Shown here: positions 18,400 through 26,040 of the stretch, piece by piece
How positions within the stretch are numbered: position 1 is the first letter of the stretch
Layout of the letters: each line of letters opens with the position of its first letter
NCBI GenBank assembly: GCA_031373785.1
Contig: JANMNE010000183.1
Location: forward strand, 15,729 to 79,728
Source: Ilumatobacteraceae bacterium
GTDB lineage: Bacteria > Actinomycetota > Acidimicrobiia > Acidimicrobiales > Ilumatobacteraceae
Length of the DNA: 64,000 bases
Direction of reading: 5' to 3'
The notes under the pieces: model-generated
Seen by the model: only the letters and a program-made list of their open reading frames with translations
Told to the model about the DNA's origin: nothing
Database searches by the model: none
Position numbers and translations under genes: made by a program

Positions 18400-19184
18400 C
18401 TTCATCGGCGGCACCGCTCGAACGTCCGGCGCTGCGCCTCACGACGCAGAGCATCGTCATGTTGGGAGTTGGCGCGCTGGCGTGGGCCGGTGTCATCGCC
18501 TTCGCCCGTCACATCGGGAACGGCGTCGGGACCATGGGCATGCCGCTCGTCGAGTTCATGGGCATGTGGTCGCTGATGATGACAGCGATGATGCTTCCTG
18601 CCGTCGCGCCAGTCGCCTCCTTGGTCATACGCACGATCGGGTCTGATCGACCTCGCCGCGTGCTCCTGTTCGTCGGCGGCTACTTGGTCGTGTGGGCGTC
18701 GGCCGGCATTCCCGCCTACTTCGCGCTCCGCATCGTCGAGGATCGGGTTGGCGCCGACGCGATCACCATGCGCACCATCGCAGTCGTCCTGCTCGCCGCC
18801 GCGGGCATCTACCAGCTGACCCCGCTGAAGGCTGTCTGCCTCCGCCACTGCCGGTCGCCGCTCGGCCAACTCCTGCACTACGGCAACATCAAGGGACCCG
18901 CCAGAGACCTGAAGATCGCATTTCACCACGCCGCATATTGCCTCGGTTGTTGCTGGGCGCTGATGGCGCTGTTCATCGCGTTCGGCGTGATGAACGTGTG
19001 GGCGATGCTGGGACTCGCGGTGATCGTCGTCAGCGAGAAGCTGTGGCGGCACGGCGATGTGGTCGGCCGCATTGCCGGCGCGGCCTTCATCGTGCTCGCT
19101 CTTCTCGTAGCGGCCTCGCCGCGTGTAGCCGACGCTGTCGTACCCTCGATGCCGTCAGGTCCCGAACCCACGATGGGCATGTGA
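18396..19184 (+). CDS. DUF2182 family predicted metal-binding membrane protein
   Basis: The GTG start is coupled to the DUF1326 stop. FMGMWSLMMTAMMLPAVAPV and HHAAYCLGCCWALMALF lie in a multi-TM protein. DUF1326-DUF2182 is a recurrent gene pair. Confidence 0.7.
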   Translation: MTSSAAPLERPALRLTTQSIVMLGVGALAWAGVIAFARHIGNGVGTMGMPLVEFMGMWSLMMTAMMLPAVAPVASLVIRTIGSDRPRRVLLFVGGYLVVWASAGIPAYFALRIVEDRVGADAITMRTIAVVLLAAAGIYQLTPLKAVCLRHCRSPLGQLLHYGNIKGPARDLKIAFHHAAYCLGCCWALMALFIAFGVMNVWAMLGLAVIVVSEKLWRHGDVVGRIAGAAFIVLALLVAASPRVADAVVPSMPSGPEPTMGM

Positions 19185-19220
19185 ACTCGCCCGCTCCGGC
19201 CCGGAATTGCGACCAGAGAG

Positions 19221-19526
19221 TCAGCCGACGGCGGTGGCGAGCATGAACACCGCGATTCCGGCGACGATCGGCAACGACATCAAACGGGTCCGCAACGCGA
19301 CCGGCACGGCAGCAGCGACTGCGACAAGTACTGGCATCATGTCAGTCGTCGACGCCTGGTTTGCGACGCTGCGGCTGGCAAGGGCACCCATCAGCGCGGG
19401 TGCCGCGACGCGGTTGGCGTGCTGCACGAACGTGGGAAGCTTGGCACGGCCACCGATGAGCGATGGCCCGGCTCTGAGTGCAAGGGTCAAGGTGCTCGCC
19501 GCCACGAGGGTGATCCAGGCGCTCAT
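19221..19526 (-). CDS. azlD: AzlD-family branched-chain amino acid transport protein (no azlC partner present)
   Basis: A 101-aa hydrophobic protein, MSAWITLVAASTLTLALRAGPSLIGGRAKLP...VPVALRTRLMSLPIVAGIAVFML, typical of AzlD. Upstream on the minus strand is intergenic DNA, not azlC. Confidence 0.6.
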   Translation of the reverse strand: MSAWITLVAASTLTLALRAGPSLIGGRAKLPTFVQHANRVAAPALMGALASRSVANQASTTDMMPVLVAVAAAVPVALRTRLMSLPIVAGIAVFMLATAVG

Positions 19527-19612
19527 CGCTCGGAGACCTCCGGGGGCGTTGCGTCCCTAGAACTGTGTCTCTGGGCTCAATGCCTGCAAGTCCTCGTTCA
19601 CAAGGGGAGTCC

Positions 19613-20035
19613 ATGAAGAAGCTCGTTGGGATCAACGTGTCAGCCGCCATGCTCGCTGTGGTCCTCGCGCTCGGTGGTGGTGGTGTGGCCATGGCCAAGG
19701 GCGGCGACGGAGGCGGAAGTGGGGGATCGTCGGGTACCTGGCCTGCCGCGTTCCCGCTGCCGACCAACCCCGGAACGGTGATCTCGCAGAGCTCGGCCAA
19801 GGCGGTGGTGCGGTCCTCCGACACAGTCAGCGTCGTGCGCGGCAAGCTGGATGACCTGTACCTCACCCGGAAGGGCTGCACCCTCAAGCTGGCGGTCAAC
19901 AGGCCACAGGACTACCTCTGCGCAAACCCCGCAACGGGAAAGACTGACGAGATCTACTTCACCTTTGCTGCGCTCGACCCGACCGCGACCGATCCTTCCC
20001 GCTCACAATCCAACGCCTTCCTCGTCTCGGGCTGA
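19613..20035 (+). CDS. secreted Gly-rich hypothetical protein (140 aa)
   Basis: GGGGAG lies before ATG 19613. The N-terminus is MKKLVGINVSAAMLAVVLALGGGGVAMA followed by GGDGGGSGGSSG. Two Cys residues are present. No family recognised. Confidence 0.55.
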   Translation: MKKLVGINVSAAMLAVVLALGGGGVAMAKGGDGGGSGGSSGTWPAAFPLPTNPGTVISQSSAKAVVRSSDTVSVVRGKLDDLYLTRKGCTLKLAVNRPQDYLCANPATGKTDEIYFTFAALDPTATDPSRSQSNAFLVSG

Positions 20036-20138
20036 CATCGACACTGCAACCGTTCAGCGCGCTGTGCGGCTGTAGGGGGCGACGCCGGCGGGACCTCCTC
20101 GACAGCGCGGCCCCGCACTCCGTTGTAGAGTTCGCGCT

Positions 20139-22451
20139 GTGCGTGCTGCCCGTTCGGCCGCCATCGTGTGCGGTGTCATCCTCTTGTTGAGCGTCAGTGG
20201 GTCGTCCGCCGGCGTGCTCGCCGCACCCGCCGTCAGCGATGTGCTGTTGTCCGACGTCGGACCCGGCTTCACGCTGGTCAGCGAGAAGTCCGGCACGCTC
20301 GACTCGCTGACGCGCTCGTTCGAGAGCGCGCACGAGCACCTCGACCTCCAAGCGATCCCCGTCACCGACCCACCCGGCGTGCGCCAGGTGTTTCAGGTCT
20401 TCTCGTCCAGCAACGCCAGCTTCGCGGTCGTGCCGGAGCCAACGCTTGCTCTCGCAGCGTGGTTCGTTCCCGCGGGGTTGAAACTCGGCGACGGCTTCGC
20501 CTCGCTGATCTTCGCCGCGCACGACTTCGTCTTCATCTTCACGCTCGGGATCGACACGGCAAGTGACGTCGACCCGGTGTCGTTCGTTCGTGGGTTGGCG
20601 GACCGGCAACTCGCTGTGGATGGAGGGCTGGCACCCGTCGACGAGCCCACCGGTGGCGAACGGACGGCCGTCGACGACGCGGTGGTCGCACTCCTGCCCA
20701 CCCAACCGCCTGTCGAGTACGGCATGACATCGTCAGCGACCGTGATCGGTTCCGACGAGCTGAAGGGCACCGACGATGTGCAGATCGAGGTGGCCGACTT
20801 CCTCAACAAGCATGCCCGCACTGCAACGCGTGTCTGGGGCAACGACACCGGAGACCTCGTCGCTGCCGTCAGTGTGACGAAGTTCCCGTACGACATCTTT
20901 GCGGCGGCGGGCCTCGACGCGGCCTCACACCGTCCGGCGTCCAACGTGGTGTCGACGGATGCGCTCGACGATGTCCCGAACGTCGTGTCCTACACCGGCC
21001 GGGCCGAAGCGTCCGATCAAGTCGGCACAGCGTTTCGACGCGGCGACGTGTTCGTGCTCGTCCTCGTCACTCACGGCGACGGTGTTCCCGTAGAGCGGGC
21101 GGAGGCGCTCGCGGCCGAATTGACGCGTCTCACGGCGTCGAACCTTCCCGCCGGGGGGACAGGGCCCTATGAGTTCCCGGGCACGCCGTCGAAGCTGCTC
21201 GGCCTTGCCCTGAGCGCGGCACTCGTCACGGGTGCCGCGGGCGGATCGACGGCGGTCGCCCGGCTCCGCGCCCGCCGGGTGTCGAAGCGTTGGTCCGGCA
21301 GTCCGCTGCCGGCGCCCGAACCCGTGGTGCAAGGTGCTCGGAAAGGCACGGCGATCCCGCTCGACCTCGACGCGACCCGGCTGCGACGGCGAGGAGCCGT
21401 CGTGCTCGCCGGACAGTTGGCCACGGTGAACATCTGCATCGTGGCGCTCGCCGGTGACTTCGCATGGCCAGGTGTCGCCGTCGCAGTGCTCGCGCTGGTG
21501 CTGGGGCTGCTGCTGACACATTCGTGGCAACGTCGGGAGCTGAACTTGCTCGGCGCCGCGGCGCCGCCGCGTCAGTTCGTGCTGCCTCGACCAGCGGGCG
21601 CGCTGGTCGGCCTGCTCGCTCTCGCCGTGCTCGCGCTCGGCGTGGGATACACGATCAAAGGTCTGCGATACCTCGTGTTGCCACCCAGCCTGGCCCAGCT
21701 CAAATGGTCCGACCTGTTCGGAGTCGCGCCTCGCACAGTCGGGATCATCTTCGGTATCGGCGGGTTCCCGGTGGCCGTGCTCGGCGCCTGGTTGTTCCGG
21801 ATTGGGAGAGCGCTGGGTCGCTCGGGGACCAAGCGCGTGCTGCAGGTCGACCATCGCCAGGCCGCTCTGTATCTCCGATCGTTCGACGACGACAGCGTGC
21901 CGCTCCCGACGATCGCATCCGCACGACGACCGCTGTTCGAGCTGTTCTCGCTGCGCGGGACAGATCCGTTCGAGGAATCGGTCGCGTGGGAGCTCAACAG
22001 CTACGGACCGGTCGTTGCCGTGGGCCGCCCCGGGCGATCACTGGCCTCACTCGGCGCAGCGCGTGAACACCTCTCGGACGAGACCTGGCGTGACCAGGTT
22101 GCAAATCGAATGGACGAGGCCGGAATCATCGCCATCGCGACAGGCCAGACCGACGGGCTGGCCTGGGAGCTCGGACAGGTCGTCGCCGGTGGGCATCTGC
22201 CGAAGACCTTGTTCGTGTTCCCGCCTGTGGCTCCATCCGACATCGGCCGACGATGGGAGCACACAGCGGCATCACTTGTCGGCCACGGTCAGGCAGTCGG
22301 ATCGCTGCCCGTGTCGCCGGCCCTCATCCACACCGTGAGGATCGAGGCTGACGGCACCACGAGCGTGACGTTCGCCCATCGCCGCGACGAAGCGACCTAC
22401 CGCACCGCCGTCGACCATGCGTTGTCACCGGCGGTCTCGTCGCCGCCCTGA
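20139..22451 (+). CDS. large membrane protein of unknown function (770 aa): signal peptide, about 330-aa extracytoplasmic domain, 4-6 TM segments, about 210-aa cytoplasmic alpha/beta-looking C-terminal domain
   Basis: N-terminus MRAARSAAIVCGVILLLSVSGSSAGVLAAPA. Hydrophobic stretches lie at roughly residues 345-365, 415-470, 485-505 and 535-560. The C-terminal block reads ALYLRSFDDDSVPLP...FEESVAWELNSYGPVVAVGRPG...GAAREHL...AGIIAIATGQTDGLAWELGQV...KTLFVFPP. Confidence 0.7.
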   Translation: MRAARSAAIVCGVILLLSVSGSSAGVLAAPAVSDVLLSDVGPGFTLVSEKSGTLDSLTRSFESAHEHLDLQAIPVTDPPGVRQVFQVFSSSNASFAVVPEPTLALAAWFVPAGLKLGDGFASLIFAAHDFVFIFTLGIDTASDVDPVSFVRGLADRQLAVDGGLAPVDEPTGGERTAVDDAVVALLPTQPPVEYGMTSSATVIGSDELKGTDDVQIEVADFLNKHARTATRVWGNDTGDLVAAVSVTKFPYDIFAAAGLDAASHRPASNVVSTDALDDVPNVVSYTGRAEASDQVGTAFRRGDVFVLVLVTHGDGVPVERAEALAAELTRLTASNLPAGGTGPYEFPGTPSKLLGLALSAALVTGAAGGSTAVARLRARRVSKRWSGSPLPAPEPVVQGARKGTAIPLDLDATRLRRRGAVVLAGQLATVNICIVALAGDFAWPGVAVAVLALVLGLLLTHSWQRRELNLLGAAAPPRQFVLPRPAGALVGLLALAVLALGVGYTIKGLRYLVLPPSLAQLKWSDLFGVAPRTVGIIFGIGGFPVAVLGAWLFRIGRALGRSGTKRVLQVDHRQAALYLRSFDDDSVPLPTIASARRPLFELFSLRGTDPFEESVAWELNSYGPVVAVGRPGRSLASLGAAREHLSDETWRDQVANRMDEAGIIAIATGQTDGLAWELGQVVAGGHLPKTLFVFPPVAPSDIGRRWEHTAASLVGHGQAVGSLPVSPALIHTVRIEADGTTSVTFAHRRDEATYRTAVDHALSPAVSSPP

Positions 22452-22700
22452 CAAACCGTAGGTCGTTCTCGCTTGTGCTGACAGCTGTCGGACGTGATCA
22501 GTCTCCGGGTGGCAGTGAGTCGACGAGACGAAGACGACGTTGGCGCTGTGGGCGACGCTGCTCATGCCGAGACACCCTCGATGGACGGACCGGAGGTCGA
22601 CCACGCTGGATCGCGCCGCGCCGGGGCCGGGGCCGGACACGGTATGGGTCATATGACCCATACCGTTGGCGGACACGACGACGTACATTGCGGGTGACAT
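22425..22700 (-). CDS. possible small His/Cys-containing protein (91 aa), very uncertain
   Basis: MSPAMYVVVSANGMGHMTHTVSGPGPG...VHRGCLGMSSVAHSANVVFVSSTHCHPETDH. By eye, third-position GC is clearly higher than for the overlapping plus-strand ORF 22494-22697. There is no recognisable family, the ORF contains the palindrome, and it overlaps the end of the 770-aa gene by 27 nt. Confidence 0.2.
   Translation of the reverse strand: MSPAMYVVVSANGMGHMTHTVSGPGPGAARSSVVDLRSVHRGCLGMSSVAHSANVVFVSSTHCHPETDHVRQLSAQARTTYGLSGRRRDRR
22640..22665. promoter_or_regulatory. perfect 26-bp palindrome, candidate operator upstream of the HK/RR operon
   Basis: CGGTATGGGTCAT|ATGACCCATACCG is its own reverse complement with no mismatch. 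It has an AT-rich core in GC-rich DNA and lies 83 nt upstream of the kinase start at 22748. Confidence 0.35.
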
Positions 22701-22747
22701 CTTCGGGTGATGTCACAGCGCTCATTCGCTGAGGAAGGCGGACAATC

Positions 22748-23446
22748 GTGGGCCGGACGGACGGGTATCGCGCTGCGGGAACGGACGAGCTCCTGGAGCT
22801 TCATCACGAACTACGGGCTTCACTCTGCGGGATCGAAGCGGTGGCGGTCGCATTGAACGAACAGCGCGATCGCTTGTCGTCGGTTGACGTCGACCAGCTG
22901 GTGGTGACCATTGCCTCGGAGGCCCGGCGGTTGCGGCTCATGCTCGCGCCGGAGGCCAAGCAGCGCACTGCCTTCGACCTGGCGGAAGCACTCCGCCCGG
23001 CGATCCTCATGACCCGCTCCTGGGGAGTCGTGGTTCGTGACGAAGTACCCGCCGGCTTGTGGGTGCACGGTTGCCGCGATGGCGTCGCCCAGGTCGTGCT
23101 GGCGCTGCTGGACAACGCTCGCCTCCACGCTGCCCCCTCGCCGATCGATGTCCGAACGACGGTGGGCGAGGGAAGGACCACGCTGTACGTCGAGGACCGT
23201 GGCTCGGGGATCACGCGCATCGGTGGCCACCTGATGTTCAAGCGTGGCCGCCGTGGCGCGCAGAGCTCCGGATCCGGGCTCGGTCTGTGCGTCGCCCGAC
23301 GACTGATGGTCGGCCAGGCAGGATCGCTGAAGGTCGATGCACGACCCGGCGGTGGCGCATCTTTCGCGTTGAGTCTCCCCAACTCACCATCGCACTCGTC
23401 AGAAGGGCTGTCTCGGGCTGCCCGAGAGCCGGCGGTCGTTCGATGA
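22748..23446 (+). CDS. histidine kinase without sensor or TM domain (232 aa)
   Basis: H-box ELLELHHELRASLCGI lies only about 20 aa from the GTG start. N-box LLDNARLHA, G1 VEDRGSGI, G2 GSGLGLCVARRL. The stop overlaps the regulator start (ATGA at 23443-23446). Confidence 0.8.
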   Translation: MGRTDGYRAAGTDELLELHHELRASLCGIEAVAVALNEQRDRLSSVDVDQLVVTIASEARRLRLMLAPEAKQRTAFDLAEALRPAILMTRSWGVVVRDEVPAGLWVHGCRDGVAQVVLALLDNARLHAAPSPIDVRTTVGEGRTTLYVEDRGSGITRIGGHLMFKRGRRGAQSSGSGLGLCVARRLMVGQAGSLKVDARPGGGASFALSLPNSPSHSSEGLSRAAREPAVVR

Positions 23447-24171
23447 GCAGGCGCGTGCTTGTCGTCGAGGATCAGGCGTTGATGGCGATGGGGTTGCAAC
23501 TGGCGTTGTCTGGGCGTTGTTGGGACGTGGAGACGATCAGCGGACCGACGGCGGCCCACGTGATCGCACATGCCGAACGCTTCCAGCCGCAGTGCGTGCT
23601 CCTGGACATCCACCTCGGCGACGGAATCGGCAGCGGGATCGAGCTCATCGGACCACTGTTGTCGACAGGAGCGCAGGTCGTGATGCTGACAGCCGAGTCA
23701 CGCCGCATGGTTCTGGCAGAGTGCATCGAAGCCGGCGCAATCGGCTGGATCGGCAAGGGAGCGATGCTCGACGAGCTCGACTCGACCCTGAGCCACGTCC
23801 TCAACGGGGGGACGATCATCGGGCGGGGCGATCGCGCCGCGCTGCTCAACGAGCTTCGGCTCGAGCGGTCCGGAGCGATACGCGCTTACGCCACCTTCGA
23901 AAGGCTGACGCAACGCGAAGCCCTGGTGCTCGGCGCCCTGATCGACGGTCTCAACGCGGACGAGATCGCCGAGACCCATTTCGTGGCGTTGACCACCGTG
24001 CGCTCACAGATCCGCGCGGTGCTGCAGAAGCTCGGTGTACGGTCGCAGCTGGCAGCAGTTGCGGTCGCCAGTGCTCACCGAGATCTGCTGCCTCAACAGG
24101 TGCGAGCTGGGCGCGATCGGCGCCGGCCCCACTTCGCAGGTCGTCGACGCGGACCTGACTATCGGTGGTGA
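23443..24171 (+). CDS. LuxR/NarL-family response regulator
   Basis: Receiver domain RVLVVEDQALMAMGL...CVLLDIHLGDG...VVMLTA...GWIGKG. C-terminal HTH LTQREALVLGALIDGLNADEIAETHFVALTTVRSQIRAVLQKLGV. Confidence 0.85.
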   Translation: MSRRVLVVEDQALMAMGLQLALSGRCWDVETISGPTAAHVIAHAERFQPQCVLLDIHLGDGIGSGIELIGPLLSTGAQVVMLTAESRRMVLAECIEAGAIGWIGKGAMLDELDSTLSHVLNGGTIIGRGDRAALLNELRLERSGAIRAYATFERLTQREALVLGALIDGLNADEIAETHFVALTTVRSQIRAVLQKLGVRSQLAAVAVASAHRDLLPQQVRAGRDRRRPHFAGRRRGPDYRW

Positions 24172-24216
24172 CGCGTTCGACGTGCGGCCGACGAGGTCTG
24201 CTGCTCGTCTGAGCGT

Positions 24217-24816
24217 CTAGGCGTGGAAGAGCACGACCGCCAAGGCGCCGGCGATCAGCGGCGGGCCGAACGAGTACTGAATCTGCAGCCGCCGCTTGTG
24301 GATGCACGTACCGATCACGACAACGAGTGCGAGGGCGTTTCCCGCCATGGCTCCGTACAGCACGTACGGCAAGCCGTACCAGCCGAGCAACAGCCCGAGC
24401 ACAGCAGCCAGCCGCACGTCGCCGAAGCCGAGCACCATCATGCCGGCGAACTGCCGGCCGACGAACCAGATGAGGAAGAAGACGTTCGACATCAACGCCG
24501 CGCCCGCCACGGCCGTGCCGAGTGGAATCCAGTTCCTCTCGAGTATCGACGCGAGGAGCAGACCGGTGCCGACGCCCGCGAGCGTGAGATAGACGAGCTT
24601 GGTCGGAAGGCGATGGACCTTCCAGTCGATGACCGACAGGAGGACGCCGCCGAAGATGAAGGCGAGCACGGCGGGGAGCTCCGGGGCGAACCCGAGTCGC
24701 CAAAAGGCGAGCCCGAAGAGCACAGCGGTGGTGGCGTTGAGTGCGTGCTTCTGCGCGAGTGCTGTCACAGACATGCAACCGAATGTACGGAACGTGGGTG
24801 TTCGAGAATTCATCAA
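24217..24816 (-). CDS. A24-family prepilin peptidase (TadV/CpaA type)
   Basis: Two Asp motifs, LLSVIDWKVHRLP and GFGDVRLAAVLGLLLGWYG, in a multi-TM protein. The start is uncertain: ATG 24816 or ATG 24774 (MSVTALAQKH...). Confidence 0.8.
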   Translation of the reverse strand: MMNSRTPTFRTFGCMSVTALAQKHALNATTAVLFGLAFWRLGFAPELPAVLAFIFGGVLLSVIDWKVHRLPTKLVYLTLAGVGTGLLLASILERNWIPLGTAVAGAALMSNVFFLIWFVGRQFAGMMVLGFGDVRLAAVLGLLLGWYGLPYVLYGAMAGNALALVVVIGTCIHKRRLQIQYSFGPPLIAGALAVVLFHA

Positions 24817-24831
24817 TCTTGGGGATTTGCG
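24809..24831 (+). promoter_or_regulatory. conserved 23-nt box upstream of flp copy 1
   Basis: TTCATCAATCTTGGGGATTTGCG is identical to 25940-25962. It lies about 100 nt upstream of the flp start, at the head of a roughly 80%-conserved leader. Confidence 0.45.
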
Positions 24832-24908
24832 GCCTGTCGGTGGTCCGTAGCGTGCCTGCTACCCAACCCGATCGGCGGGAAATCAGTATCGATCAAGGAG
24901 CAAAGGAA

Positions 24909-25085
24909 ATGCACAACCTCGTGGAAAAGTTTACCCCCGAGGCCGTTGAGGCCACCGACGACGATGGCGTGGTCGCCATCGAGTATGTGCTCGTCGCCGG
25001 GCTCGTCGCCGCCGGTGTCGCGATCACCTTCGCGACCGGGCTGTGGACGATCATGCTCGCCAAGCTCAATGGGCTGTTCCCCTAA
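24909..25085 (+). CDS. flp: Flp-family type IVb prepilin (58 aa), copy 1
   Basis: AAGGAGCAAAGGAA precedes ATG 24909. MHNLVEKFTPEAVEATDDDG|VVAIEYVLVAGLVAAGVAITFATGLW... carries the G-x4-EY processing motif followed by a hydrophobic helix. Confidence 0.8.
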   Translation: MHNLVEKFTPEAVEATDDDGVVAIEYVLVAGLVAAGVAITFATGLWTIMLAKLNGLFP

Positions 25086-25086
25086 A

Positions 25087-25110
25087 CAGGGAGATCCTGC
25101 GCAGTCCCTG
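25087..25110 (+). terminator. weak hairpin just after flp copy 1 (possible attenuator)
   Basis: CAGGGA-n12-TCCCTG begins 2 nt after the flp stop. There is no U-tract. Confidence 0.25.
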
Positions 25111-25203
25111 AGCAAGCTCGATAAATCACGTCGTCGTCTCGCTCGAATGCGCTCTCGTTCTCGTCGCTCACTTCCCTCTCACAGTCTGCAGTAGGAGTAC
25201 CAA

Positions 25204-25857
25204 ATGATCGCGTTGACTGAGGTGTCGGGCGCGCCAAGCCGCCCGACCACATCCACTCGCGTGGCCTCGATCGCCACCACGTCGGTGGTGGGCGCTCTGA
25301 CGTTCCTCTTCGCCATCGCCCACATCACGAAGTGGCACCGCACCGGAGAGCCCACGGGGTTGGCGTTTGCGATCCAGGAACTGGTCCTCGTGGGATTCTT
25401 CGTGACCCGCCGGCGACCGTTGGACGTCAGCCGCCGACCCGCAGACTGGGTGGCGGCTGTGCTCGGCGCGTACGGCGCGTTGCTGCTCCGCCCGCATGGT
25501 CACGAGGTGCTGGGGCTGGGGACCCTCTGGTTAAGCGTTCAGCTGGTTGCCGCGATCGGCGCAATCGCCTGCATTCTACGACTGGGGCGCAGCTTTGGAA
25601 TCGTTCCTGCCAATCGGGGGGTATGCGCCGATGGGCCGTACCGTTTGGTGCGCCATCCGATGTACGCCTGCTACCTGCTCGGGCAGGTCGGCTACGTCCT
25701 CGGAGCCTTGTCGCTCGCCAACGTGGGCGTCATTGTCGTGGCCGTGGGTGGTCAACTGTTACGCATCGCCGCCGAGGAGCGGGTGCTGCGGGGCGACGAA
25801 ATCTACCGTGACTACTGCAAGCAAGTGTCGTATCGGCTCATCCCGGGCGTCTACTGA
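25204..25857 (+). CDS. ICMT/PEMT-family membrane methyltransferase
   Basis: AGGAG lies 6 nt before ATG 25204. The protein is multi-TM. The C-terminal catalytic block is GPYRLVRHPMYACYLLGQVGYVLGALSL...LRIAAEERVLRGDEIYRDYCKQVSYRLIPGVY. Confidence 0.8.
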   Translation: MIALTEVSGAPSRPTTSTRVASIATTSVVGALTFLFAIAHITKWHRTGEPTGLAFAIQELVLVGFFVTRRRPLDVSRRPADWVAAVLGAYGALLLRPHGHEVLGLGTLWLSVQLVAAIGAIACILRLGRSFGIVPANRGVCADGPYRLVRHPMYACYLLGQVGYVLGALSLANVGVIVVAVGGQLLRIAAEERVLRGDEIYRDYCKQVSYRLIPGVY

Positions 25858-25939
25858 GCAGAGCCGCCCCGCACGTCGCTGAGAGATCACGCCGGCTGGG
25901 TCGGTAGGCGGTGAACGTTCCAGCGTGTGCGGCCGTGAT

Positions 25940-25962
25940 TTCATCAATCTTGGGGATTTGCG
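25940..25962 (+). promoter_or_regulatory. conserved 23-nt box upstream of flp copy 2
   Basis: Identical to 24809-24831. Confidence 0.45.
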
Positions 25963-26040
25963 ATCTGTTGATCATCCGTACCGTCTCGTTCTACCCACCC
26001 CGATCGGCGGGGCTCGGTATCAATCAAGGAGCAAAGTGAA

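Larger units (their letters stand above)
24809..25085 (+). repeat. direct repeat unit 1 (box + leader + flp)
   Basis: Aligns base-for-base with 25940-26220. By hand alignment, identity is roughly 80% in the leader and higher in the coding part. Confidence 0.8.

Noticed and set aside
22494-22697. The plus-strand 67-aa ORF across the palindrome.
   Set aside because: Its third-position GC is lower than that of the overlapping minus-strand ORF. There is no RBS and its composition is acidic and Gly-rich. The palindrome alone explains the shared GMGHMTHTV peptide.
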